Shown piece after piece: positions 1 to 11,693 of a stretch of 64,000 bases of DNA; within the stretch, counting starts at the first letter, position 1; every line of letters starts with the position of its first letter. Where the stretch lies: NCBI GenBank assembly GCA_003971905.1, contig RSEE01000076.1, forward strand, positions 186,001-250,000, read 5' to 3'. The position numbers were made by a program, and so were the translations under genes. The notes under the pieces are model-generated. The model ran no database searches, was not told the origin of the DNA, and was given only the letters and a program-made list of their open reading frames with translations. The DNA is from Moniliella sp. 'wahieum'. Its lineage: Eukaryota.

Positions 1-765
1 CGCAGACCGCTAAGCCCTCGACCACGAGGCACAAGCCCTTCCAACGTCTTCCTCACCTCGAGCTTGCTGCCGCCAGCCGTCAGCGCCTTGCCCTCCCGCG
101 ACCCAGCTACCATCTCTCATCAAGGAAAAGGGGGTCGACCGTTTTTATCTACCAGCACCGACGTTTCGTCGGGCTGCAATTGGTTCAACAATTTATGGCC
201 TTGCCCCTTGCCAAGAATCGCCCCTATATGCGCCCCCCTACCGACACCCGCCCACATGGTGGGGCTGTCTGCGCGTATGGGGGAGCTGGCCGCCGCATGG
301 GGGGCTGCCCAACATTGCGTCTATTTTTACCAAGGCCATTTTCCCAACCACCCCCCTCGTCGGCGGGCCCATGGTCCAGGCGGAAGAGCAATGGTATATG
401 GCCTTTCCCTTTCAACTGGCTTACGCACCGTCATGCTGCCGCCTTCTCGCTCCAGCGCATACAGGCCAACGTCGCCTTTGGGCCAGCAACGCTCGGTGCA
501 CGCCTCGCAAACACAGCCGCCATCTCACGCTCTTCCCACCGCCCGCCCGAGGTCCCCCCCTGAGGAGGGGGGAGGCAGTCAAGAAGATGTTTCCCATCTC
601 GACGACTTTCATTCTGCGCACCACGCCTCTTCTCCACACGAGGCTGGTGGGGCTGTTCGACCGCGGCACCTCTGCCGTGCCCGTTCTTCATCGCCTCGTC
701 CGCATCCGGTCGTGGTGGGGCTGTTGGGGCGATGCCCCAATATTCAGCACGTCGACCTTACGCTA
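1..765 (+). other. Possible degenerate or partial coding region, weakly LRR/F-box-like at its end
   Basis: Open frame 64-813 ends ...VVVGLLGRCPNIQHVDLTL, resembling the CPNLxxLDL leucine-rich-repeat motif. It runs directly into a TAACGTT array. No other recognisable domain. Confidence 0.2.
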
Positions 766-2103
766 ACGTTTAACGTAGTACCTTGTGGCAAGCTTCCAGC
801 TTTTAGCGTTTAACGTTTAACGTTTAACGTAACCTGCAACGGGTCACATGCGACGTCATAGAGTCACGCGTCATTGATTTTCACCCAGTCATCGATCATC
901 GATCATCGATCATCCGCGCCCGCCTGCCTCAGCGCCTTAGCGACAGCGCTGAGGCTCATCGATCATCGTGCATCGAAGGGGATCAGATCGATCAGCGCGC
1001 TCAGCCTGAGCGCTGCTCAGCCGCTCAGCCGCTCAGCCTTCAACGTTCATCCGTTCATCCTCTCATTCGCTCAACGCATTCGGTCTGGGATCCGAGTAGT
1101 GATCGATGATCCAGTGTTACATGTTAGGGACTCTATACTCAGTACATGTCAATCCGACCGAGGACAGGCCGAGGGCGGCGTGTCCCAACTGGCTGCCTCT
1201 GTGCGATTACAAAAAAGATGACTGTTATTTTCCCGCCGAGCCCGTTGGAGGTGCTTGCAGGTGCGGCGAGGTGCGAGGTGCGAGCTCCAGATTAGCGCCT
1301 CTAATTTTATGCGCGTCCAGCACGCCCAGCTTCTAGGTAACCAGTGTCGCGCGTAGCATGATGCATGTGACCTGTGACATGTGACATATGCATGTGACGC
1401 GTGATGCGCGTGACGCGCCCCGCGTGAAGTGTGCATCGATTAATGCCCTGTGGAATTATATCAATCGATCGTCAGTGACATTCTCGCAGCCCACCTCCAC
1501 TCTTTTTGGCTTGCAAAACATTCCTGCGATCCCAGAGATTGAATATCCGGGCGTTCCAGGACATCCCGCCAACGCTCAACACGTGCAACGTGCAACGTTC
1601 AAAACAGTGAACTATGGCTAACGACAGCCATAATATCTCGCCGCTGTCATTGAACCCCCGCCACTGCGAATCCTCCATTGCGGTGGTATACATTACAGAG
1701 AAGATGCTTACTTAGTACCTACGCCTTGGCTCAAGGGGGTACGGTGGTGCAGTACAAGAATGGTAAGGCCGGTAAGGCTCACATGTCACATGTATAATCC
1801 CACGGTCGAAACCCATCACAAGAAACAACGTTCACAATCATTCCGTTCAACCACAGCACCTGCAATGGCTAACCACTACATCCGACACTCCTTGCGCGCC
1901 AACAGGGATGCAGAATGAGACTCACTGGATCGCGAAGGCGTTAAACGTTAATCCCGTGGTCGCTTGGTTAACTTGTTACCTCTTTTCCACGCGAATTTAT
2001 GATCGTTATCGTTGTCTCTTGTTTCCGCTTTCCTTGGTACATATACATATTAGGGTTCCTAAATGAACCTTACAATCCTCATAATACCAGCAAATCATAT
2101 GAT

Positions 2104-2203
2104 GTCGGGTTAGCTCAGATGGGAGAGCGTGAGATTGAAGCAGTCTTCAATAGCCGATCCTTTGGATTCCTCAAGGTCCCCGGTTCGATCCCGGGACACG
2201 ACA
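2104..2203 (+). tRNA. tRNA-Phe(GAA), intron-containing
   Basis: GTCGGGT acceptor / ACACGAC-A; D arm GCTC-AGATGGGA-GAGC; anticodon loop TT-GAA-G followed by an intron containing CTTCAAT (complementary to ATTGAAG); T arm CCCGG-TTCGATC-CCGGG; T-run terminator immediately after. Confidence 0.92.
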
Positions 2204-2598
2204 CTTTTTGGGACTACTCTTGGCACATGTTACACTATTTTGTCTAAACCGCTCATTGAACGTGAACGCGGGAACGTTGAACGTGTTCAACACCCCCCGA
2301 GTCATCGTGCCACCCCGCCTATTCGCGCTTACGAGTTACGAGTTACTAGAGTTACTTCGCATTTGGACATCTACCAGCAACGAGTTGAGCGCTCGGTGAG
2401 CCGCGTTGCACCAACCAACCGGGTGAAGACCGGCTAGCCGAGCCAACCAACCAGTTTGATGCTATCCACCACAAACACCCAAACACCCAAACACCTAGGC
2501 CCAAAGGGCGGCAAGGGCGCACGCTTGCGCGTTCCGATTCGGGTCCGGGAGGATGCATTTGCAGTTGCATTAGACTCGGCTTTACAGGGAGCACATGG

Positions 2599-2663
2599 AA
2601 AAAAGGGGGCAAGAAAAGGGGGCAAGAAAAGGATGAGAAAAGGATGAGAAAAGGAGGAGAAAA
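2599..2663. repeat. Purine-rich degenerate tandem repeats (AAAAGGGGGCAAG x2, AAAAGGATGAG x2-3)
   Basis: Read directly from the sequence, just downstream of the SNF5 stop codon. Confidence 0.7.
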
Positions 2664-2718
2664 TAGAGGGTCACCCTTACCGGCTACCAGCGCGACGGCG
2701 CAACGGCAGAGCGGTGGG

Positions 2719-5700
2719 CTACTTGCTCAGCCGGGCAGTAACGTTAGCGCGATGGGACCGGTTCTTGAGATGGACTTCAAAGTTGGTTAGAGTTTCCCCC
2801 GGGCCAGGCGTGTAGAGTTTTCCAGGACAATCGAGGCAGCGTAAGCGCCATTCGTGCTGTCCTGCGGTATGGTGTCGACCCCCCCTCATGACAGGCACAA
2901 TGTGATCGTGGGGATAGTGGGCGCGCAACTTGGTGAGGTGGCGAGTGAGCCACTCAGGGGGCTCCATCACGGCCATGGGCGGGGCGGAACTAGTTTGGGG
3001 CGGAGGCGACGTCGCACCAGTGGAGGTGGTGACTGCTCGGTTGGACTGGACAGGGAACCTGTCTCGGGCTTTTCGGGAGGTGAGGGGGCCGTCTTGCCCT
3101 GCGGGAGGTTCGAAGGGGCAGAGGCAGGCGAGTGGGTAGGTGCCTCGGTAGTCGAAACGGTGGGAACGGGTGGGTCGCCATCATGCCGGGAAGCGAGAAG
3201 TGTCGCAGGTCCACGGGGGGTGGACTGTTCCTCCACCTCATCATCGCGGTAGTCAGGATCAACTTCCTTCGAAGCTGGTTTACCCCCAGCCGCGATAGGC
3301 GAATCTGCCTCCAATGTGTACTCGACAACACGTATCGTTTTGTTGTTCGCCCATACTGCGCCGCAAGGGACACAAAGTGTCCGGGGTGTCCCGAAGGACC
3401 GGTCCTGCGATTCGCAGCAACTGGGTTGAGTGCCCCACAAATAGCACAGTGCCAAATTCCATCGACCCAATTGGGGTGCAAACGTGGGTCGTCAACCAGA
3501 GTACTCCCGCCTACCGATGAACCCTCTGGACCTAACGGTCGACGCGGTCGACGCCTTGGAGGATCGAGATCTTGCATCCCATCGGATAGGGACTTCGTTT
3601 CGCCCTTTCCAAGCCCACCAGGATACGTAAAGTACATCTGCATGTCCCCAGCCCTTGAGGCGCGCTTGGGCGTTTCTTCCAAGGGCTCAGGGGCCGGTGT
3701 CGGGGTCGACTCGTTAAAGTGCGCATTGGCTGCGGCCGCAGCAGCACGGCGGGAATGGTGAGTACCACCTCCAGTTCCGCGGTCTGTTCCGGTACCCGTA
3801 AGGACCATGGCGGCAAGCACATCGGGGGCAACCGTTTGCCAACCGTACAGGGCTGGGGTTCGGAGGGTCTTTGCGGTTCGCGATCTGGCAGCGCCACAGC
3901 GCCCCTTCGGCCACGAGATTGGCGCTTCTTTCTCCGTGCATCCCGTTCGCGCTCGCGCTCTTGCAATTCCACCTCTGCCTCTGTCAGTTGAGCCAGAACA
4001 GGAGTATGCATCTCCGTTTCCGCTTCGGTACGGTATACGGTTTCGACAGGCGGAAGAAAAGAGGGGGCCAATTCGTCGTTTGGGACGGGTGCGCCATCAA
4101 AGGTGTATCCCACTGCAACGAGACTGCGCAGGTAAATGTCAACTTGTTCTCGAATTTGCTCTGCAATTGCCGTAACAAAGTCGCCTGATAAGCCAAGGTC
4201 GGCTGCCATAGCTTGTGAAAATTGTTCAGGTGCATCGGGGGGACTGGAGAGATCCCATTCAAACTGGTCGATTAGCTGGACCCCACCGATAGTGACGCCA
4301 AGCTACGCAAAATGGATTAGTATCCGAAAAGAAGGGTGAGAAGAGTCAATTCAACATACTTTGATGGGGATCCGCAGGTCTGCGTTGGTCCAACGAGTTG
4401 AGGCCTGCTCGGACTCATTTTTCAGCACGACTGGGTCATCCGCGGGAAGATCAGAGTCGATGACGTTCATGTCCTCGCCCGGGCTAGGATTTAACGCGGC
4501 AAATCGGTCCCGAACAGTTGTCCACCACTGAAGGTCGGCTTCAAGCTCGTGAGACTCGACTGGGGCAGAAACGTGATCATGAATGGCAGAGTGAGGTCGA
4601 ATCGAGGGGAGTGTTGAGGAAGAAGCCAAAAAGGTAGCATGTTGGGTCAACTGTTGATCCATTGCCTCGCGAATGGCCGGTATAAAGACAGAATGAGGCA
4701 GTCCAAGGTCATCACAGAGCATCTGAGCAAAGGACCCAATAGAGCTCAAAGGCTCATGTGCGTTCCAGGTAAATGTATCGGCCAAACGAAGCGGCTCAAT
4801 ATCAAGAGCCAATCGGATTGGAACCAAATCTTCTGCGAGGAGAGCAGAGGCAGAAGTCGCGGCCTCCTTTAAGGCGCTTGAAGAGCCTGGTCCAGGAGGC
4901 TGTGCACTAGGGGCAAGTACTAAAGGCGTAGTCTCACGTGTGGCTGCCGCCGTTGTGGTTGCAACGTTACGATTGCGTCCCCTCCGATTTGAAGTCGTAC
5001 CAGAGGAATTCTCCTGGCCGGTTGACAGAGCTGGTGGTACCAACAATCGGTTTGCTTGGCCCACATGCTTCTCCAACACCAGAGCTCGTCGCTCGGCAGG
5101 ATAAATAAGCTGAACAGACGAAGAACCACCTTTGGTCGTTACGCCCCGAGGCTCTGACATGTTGCACTCCCACCATTGTAGACCAGGCATACCAACTTGA
5201 TCGTGACTGATCTGGGTTGCGCGAGGGTCCGATACGCGCATCTTCTTGGACATTTGCACTGCTTGGCCGTAGACTTGGACCACCTCGCTCATTCGCCGCT
5301 TGGTGCGTTCAAATGCTTGTTGGTATGCTTGATCTCGACCCATAATTGCTAAAAGATCCTCCTCCTCTTGAGGTTTAAGGGGACCGACAACCCCCGCAGC
5401 CACCTGTTCCGAGGACACGGGAACAACGGAGGTATTGGACCTTGTGATGGGCATCCCAGAGGCACTGGTTGGGGGCAAATTCCCCCCCAGCACAGGAGGA
5501 AGTGCAGAATCAACTGCATTGTGAGATGGAGCATGGGGATGGGATGGGGGGGGTACCGGTACCGGGACCGGGACCGGCTCCTGGCCGCGCAGCACCAGAT
5601 GTACCAGCGCTGGGTGGACGTGATCGGCGCATAATCTCCGCTTGATACTGTTGTGACTGCAACTGTTGCTGATGCATCTGTGTGGCCTGCTCCTGAGGGG

Positions 5701-6593
5701 AGTAAGAGCTTTGAGCCAAAGGTGACGAAACGGCAGGGCTCTGGACCCGGGGAAGAGACTGTGTCTGAGCTTGAGCACGAGCTTGCGCCTGGGCCTGGGC
5801 CTGAGCTTGCGTGAGCTTGCGCCTGAGCCTGAGCCTGAGCTGAGCCTGAGCCTGAGCCTGAGCCTGCGCCTGAGCCTGCGCCTGAGCCGGGGACTGACCC
5901 TGAGCCTGAGCCTGAGCTTGAGCTTGAGCTTGAGCCTGAGCATGCGCTTGAGCGAGCTGAGCTTGGCGGAAACGCTCTTGCTGGAGACGGAGCTGTGTCT
6001 GCCTCTGCTGGGCATACGGGTCCGCCTGGTCGGGGGGAGAGATGTGCTGCGCCTGAACTTGAGCTTGAGCTTGAGCTTGAGCTTGAGCCTGAGCTTGAGC
6101 CTGAGCTTGGAGGTGGGCCTGGGCGGCTCGAGCTTGAGCTTGCATCTGCTGTTGCTGGTAGAGCGGCGCAAAGGAAGGGATGCCCGCAGGGTATGAGTCG
6201 TGAGAGGGAGAGGAAACATGGAGGCGGACAGACCCAGCGCCGACGCCTGGGGATGGAGACGACCAAGTTACCATCAGGAAGACGGGGGAGGGGAACGGCG
6301 GCGGCGGCGGCGGGCACCGCCTGGGCTGGGACAACGACGTGGCCCTGCTCCATCAAGAGCTGGAGCGGGGTTCGTGCCCCGCCCTCCCGCGCCGAAAGGG
6401 CAACAGCCTGGAAAAGCAGCCGACGCGGGTCGTTGCCGCTGGGGGCGTTGGAGGCGGGGGTGGGCGTGGGGCCAGGGGTGCCGGTGCCGGTGCCGGTGGC
6501 CGTGGGGCTGGCGGTGCTGGGGGCGGGGGCGGCATGCCCGACGGCACCAGCGCCAGGGCCTGCGCCAGGCGCGGCGGCGTACTGCGCATGCAT
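2719..6593 (-). CDS. SNF5: SWI/SNF chromatin-remodelling subunit Snf5 (with intron(s) and apparent indel errors)
   Basis: Snf5 repeat 1 [31 protein letters not shown]; repeat 2 DLRIPIK|intron|[40 protein letters not shown]-terminal QA-rich region; C-terminal WHCAICG and [10 protein letters not shown]...HLKNRSH modules. Start codon approximate. Confidence 0.88.
5765..6142 (-). repeat. Gln-Ala (CAR-GCT) coding repeat within SNF5
   Basis: Long runs of TGAGCC/TGAGCT hexamers on the + strand translate as QAQAQA on the - strand. Confidence 0.9.
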
Positions 6594-7049
6594 GCTGCCG
6601 GAGGCGGGGCGTCTCGTCGGGGGCACGCGAGCGGACCAGGCCGGGGGCAAGTCAAGCGGCAAGCTTCAAGCGGCAAGCGGCCAGGCGCAGCGCAGCTGAT
6701 GGCGTCTGCCGCCTCCCCCGCTCGGCTCCCAGTCCAGTCCGAACAGCGCCGGCCCAAAGGCTGGCCGCCAGCTCACCGGTAGCGTCAGCCATCGTCGCTT
6801 CAAGCTTCACTAGTACTAGTCGCTGTCATGGCACTCTCCACTGGTTGCGCTGTCCACCACTGCCCCGTGCTGCCCTGGGTAGGGTTGCCTGCTGCTCTCT
6901 TCCGCTGCCCGCTCCCGCCTCTTCACAGGGCTACGTCCCGCACTCGCTAGTCGCAGTGGCGGCCGCCCCCGTCGCCAGACCGTGGCCTCGCTGGAGCAGT
7001 CGTGCAGGAGAGCGGGGGAGGACATAGGCTTCCTGCTGCTTACAACACA

Positions 7050-7828
7050 CTCAGCTGCTTCGATCCGCCGGGCGCATCTGCCTCCGCCTCTGTCACCTCC
7101 TCCTCGCTGTTCGCGGGGGGGGAGGGGAAGTGTTAACAGGCGGCTTATGGTACACCACCTCAAATCCGCAGTGCGTACGTTGTCTCGTCCGACACGCTCG
7201 TCGCCGTCCAGACCAGCCCACTCGCCAGCAACACGCCCATCGCTTGGCCCAAGTTGGCCACGCCGTACCCCTCGTACCCCTCCCAGGCAGGGACGAGGTA
7301 CTTGACGACCAACACAGCGATGCTGCCGGCGAGGTCGGAAGCGAGGAGGGTCAAGGCCAAGAACAAGCCAACGCGGGCGCATGCCACCTCACGCGCCTCC
7401 GACCCACCCCACTCGTCCCCGTCCTCAGAATGGTCTTGTCCAACGCACTGATCCCAACCAGGCCCAGCAGGCCCAGCACACCAGGTACCCAATCAACAAA
7501 GGAGATGCGCACCGGCGGAACCTTTCCTTCCGGCAAACCGTGCCGTACACGACCGGAACTGGTGATGCATGCGTCCAAGAAAATCCACCACCCGAGTGCG
7601 AAGCAAGCGCCCGCGAGGTACAGCAAGACGAGTGCCGGCTTGGCCAGAGGGAAGACGGTAGGGAGGGAAAAGCCACTCTGCACACCCGCGAGGGGTCTCC
7701 AGAAGACATCGGGGAAATGGGATTCGCCTCGGGGTGGGTGAGGAGTTGGGGGTGGCAAGGGGCCTGGGTAGAGCGGAGCGGCTGGTGGCAACCAAGGGAG
7801 GAGGAGAAGGAGGGTGGTTTGGTTCCAT
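7050..7828 (-). CDS. VPS68: Vacuolar protein sorting protein Vps68 (UPF0220 membrane protein)
   Basis: LYLAGACFALGWWIFLDA...ISFVDWVPGVLGLLGLVGISALDK and ARVGLFLALTLLA..LAGSIAVLVVKY..YGVAN match the Vps68/TMEM50 pattern. Split by frameshifts; 3' end approximate. Confidence 0.8.
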
Positions 7829-8149
7829 CCTACATGGTGCCGCTTGTCGCCGAGCCCACCGTGGGTGGCATCGCAATTGGCTCGGGCGCAGGGCTGAAAT
7901 GTTGAAAGAGGTGCTGCGTGTTAGAGCACACTCCGTCGTTGTTCATTTAATTGCGATGCAACGCCCTGGTTTGTGCCGCGAAGAACCTATCCACAACCTG
8001 CGTCTGTGGGTGCACACACGAACCCCCCCCACCCACCCGATCCCCTTCGCCGCAGCAACGGGCACAGAGGAGGTGCTGTGGACACCGCGCGTCTCGTGTT
8101 TCGGAAATCCATATGGAGCACGATGCCCAGTTGAAGCTCTCTGTATTCC

Positions 8150-8222
8150 GTAACCATATCATGGACAGGGCTTAAGGCTGGGACAGGGAAACGCTGCGCC
8201 TACTAAAACCGACCCGCTCATC
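8150..8222 (-). repeat. Fragment A of a dispersed degenerate coding repeat
   Basis: The 26-mer GCTTAAGGCTGGGACAGGGAAACGCT at 8170-8195 is identical to 44309-44334 and 44372-44397; the flanks are also similar. Confidence 0.85.
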
Positions 8223-8795
8223 GGAGCACATGTCGGGCCATCGGGCATCTCGTTTTGGGTTGTACGGTCCCACAGTTTCCTCCAACAGGAGCGCCTGTGC
8301 ACAGCAACCCAACTCCACCCACATCTCCCGTCTACAACTACACATGACTACTACAGGCTTCAGGTCTCCGGTGGTAAGCATTACTGCGCTGGTGGTCGTT
8401 CGCCGCGTACCTCGAAGGGAAAATGTCCAATACTACCCTCCACCGGGCCGTGGGCGGGCCCTCTGCCGTTGACACGACCACGATAGGGTACCATACGATA
8501 CCATACGGCGGGAATCGTGCCACACACAAAACCCACACAACGGTCCCGCTGCCTACTGTGTGGACGTTGAAGGGCCAAACAAACAAGGCATGCATGGGAA
8601 ACTCCCCCGAGCCCGCAGGCAGTCCAAGCAGACCGGCCCCGAACCCGAATCCGAACCGAACCCGACCAACCGATCCATTACGGCAGCCCCAGGGCAAACA
8701 AACGACAGACACGGCGACAAGCGCTACTAGGGCGCTGCAGGGCACATCAGCACCTACCTGGGCGCGTGCAAACACGCTGCGCGCCCACACGCATC

Positions 8796-11363
8796 TTAAG
8801 GCCAAGGCGTCTTGCCCAGCAACTTGAGCGGAGCTTCGGTCCCCCCTCGCCTTCCTCCTCCTCTTCTGCGTCCTGGGCGTCCGGTTCCGAGGCCAGCGGT
8901 CCCTCAGGTTCGGAGAGCCAACGGGTGGCCCGCGGCTGCTGGAACTTGGTCGGGGCGTGGAACTGCGGGACGTGTCAGTGGCATTGGCACTGGCACTGGC
9001 ACTGGCCACGCGGCGTGCCCTGTCGTCCTCTGCTCTACGCTGAGCAACCGAGTTGCCAAACATGGGCAAGAGGTATCGTTCGTCGATTTTTTGGAACCAT
9101 TGGCCGTCACGGAAGATGAGGCCAGCGCGGTCGATGAGGTGGCGGGCTGTTGCGCCGCCCGACCGGGCCTCAGTCAAGTCCAAGGCCGATGGCCCTTGAG
9201 CTTCGGCTTCGGCTTGGCCTTGACCTTCGCCTTCGGGGGCACCCCACGCATCGTCCTCGCCGCCATGCAGCATGGCGGCCGTGGTAGCAAGGAAGGAATT
9301 GTGTCGGCTGTGAGGGGAGCGTACTACGGCCGTATCCCTTCCCGGCAAACTTCTTGGTCGTCCACTCGGGTCCGGGGGCGGTAAGAGGGAGGCGGGTGGG
9401 TAGGCGCCCTCGTCGCCCTGTGCGCTGGACGAGGCAGGCGAAGCTTCATTGAGCAACTGTTCGCCCTCATCATCGTGGTACGAGCCACTGTGGCGCAATC
9501 CGTTGCGAGAACGGCGTCGACGGAGTGGGGGCCCCGAAACCGAAGCCAAGCGCACCGTGATCCCGTACCGGGCAAACAGGTTGCTCGTCGTCCGAATCGG
9601 CATCTTCGTCGTCGTCACGCCCATCCGAATCCCCAAATCTCCAACATTTGTGCCGTCGTACCACCAAAGATGATGACTGTCAATACGACCGTAACCAGCA
9701 CCGTGGTCTGCAGTGCCACCGCATGTTCTCCCTCAATCCCAGCCGATAGGGCAAACCCGACGGCCCCCGCAGGCCAGCCCAAAAGAGCATAATCTGGTAC
9801 TCGCGTGGCAACTCCTCCTTGTCCCCGGAGGATGTGGTGAGGGACGGGAGGGACGAGGTGCGTGGTGCCCGCCGGTGTCGGCGTACAAAGTTAACCACAT
9901 TGGCAATGGGGAACACGGCGCAGTAGCGCGACACACGACGGCAACGACGGTGATAATGATAAATAGGGGCTTGTAAACCAACTCGGCCTGAGTGAAGAGG
10001 GACAGACCAAGGTAGATGAAGATAAAGTTCTCGGATAACTTGAAGGGAATGGTCAGTATCAATGCTCAATGCATGACAATAATAAAAGTACAGAGTGCAG
10101 ACAAGGGAGCTGGGGCAACGTACGCTGGCCATGGTCTGAAGTGTGTACTTGGTTGTTTTTTGGGAGCGGCGGGACATGTTGTGGTAGGCATAATGTTTGA
10201 GAGTGATACCGCAAAAGAGAAGCGAGACGATACCGGACATGGTCACCGAGTTGGAAAAGAAGTAAGAGGTGTAGCGATAAGGATACCAGGCAGCTCTCCA
10301 GTTCGGGGTAGAGGGCCAAATTGGAGTGCTTGAGCATCAAGCTGCACGCCAGGCCAAAACAGACACCCAAAAGCATCGAAAGAGTAAAGATGATATGAAC
10401 AAGCCAAAGCCATGGAAGACGGAGCTGAGCATGATCTCCTTGCCTCGGAATTTGGAAAGTGTGTCAAACATCACAATCGACACGGCATCGTTCAAGATCG
10501 ATTCGCCAAAAATGACCGATAGAGCTGGGATCGACCTTGTAGACTTGAAGATGGCCAGGATGGTCACTGGGTCGGTCGCGCTGAGAGTCGAACCAAAAAT
10601 GAGGCAGTCAAGAAGGGTGAGAGGCAGGTGCTCAAGACGCAACAGGGACCATGCCCACACAATCACGCCTACCACGACAGCCGAGATGAATGTGCCGGCA
10701 AAGGCGAAGGCGAGGATGACTGCAAAATTGCGGAAGAAGTTGCCTTGGCGCAGTCGTAGCCTGATGCAAGGATGATAGGCGGGAGGAGGACGTTGAGCAT
10801 GATGGTGTTGGAAAAGGACAGCATATTTTGTACTTGGTCTCCAGGCGTAGGCGAAGGATGCACCCGACAAACATGCCGGCAAACAGGCCAACGATGGTTT
10901 CGTGCACGGCGGTGATCTTACGGACCTTGAGGTAGTAGCTTGTCCAGAACGACAAGATGAGCAGGGCGAGGACGAGGAAGAGAGCCAAGGAGGAGAAGCG
11001 CTCGGTCTGCTCTGCCTCAGGCGGCGGCGGCTCGGCGCTGCCTTGGCTGCCGTTGGTGGCACTGGGCAGTGGGGAGGAGGGCTGGCGGTGCCGAGGAGGA
11101 AGGGAGGGGGTGGCGGGTGTCGGGGTGGGCAGCACGACGGGTGCGCCGTTGCCTCCTCCGCCGGCAGCAACGAGAGTGGCGGCAGCGAGGATGGCCAGCG
11201 GCGAGCGCTGCTGCGCGCTGGACGAAGGCAGTCCTGCAGCGCCTGGATCGCCCAGGCGGGCCAGACGACGAGGGCATGGAGGGCAGGCGGGATGGATGCG
11301 CGGCGGCGCGGCGGTCGTGGCTGTGGTGCTGATGGCGCGGGCGCTGGGCCGGTGTGGTGGCAT
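8796..11363 (-). CDS. NHX1: Endosomal Na+(K+)/H+ exchanger Nhx1 (CPA1 family), apparent indel errors
   Basis: FSSLALFLVLALLILSFWTSYYLK, VHETIVGLFAG, NVLLPPIILASGY, FGSTLSATDPVTILAIF, FGESILNDAV, MSGIVSLLFCGITLKHYAYHN, ENFIFIYLG, IMLFWAGLRG. Ends approximate. Confidence 0.92.
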
Positions 11364-11693
11364 GCTGGGCCTGCTAAGCTAATTGGGTGGGATCGCCGCG
11401 CGGAACCAGCTGCGCGCCGCGTTCCGCCCTGCGCCCGCCGGGAGGATGTAGTGGCTGGCGAGACAGAAGACTGAGGTGAGGCATTATTGGGCTTGACGCA
11501 GCAACCGGCCGCAGCCGCCATTGCCAGTTTCAAAAACCCATCGTCCGTCCACTTTAACGTGGCAGTAAATTTGACTCGGCCCCCCTTCTTCTCCGCGCCG
11601 CTCCGTCCAGCCCGTGTCACCGTCACCCCTGCGCAGTCCAGTCAGGAAGCGCATTCGTCCCCGGCCTCTCTCCCACACACACCCCCCCCCATC

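Noticed and set aside
2104..2203. G5:A68 acceptor-stem mismatch in tRNA-Phe as a sign of tRNA editing
   Set aside because: A G:A pair at this position occurs in other eukaryotic tRNA-Phe (e.g. plants). The anticodon-stem irregularity could be sequencing error.
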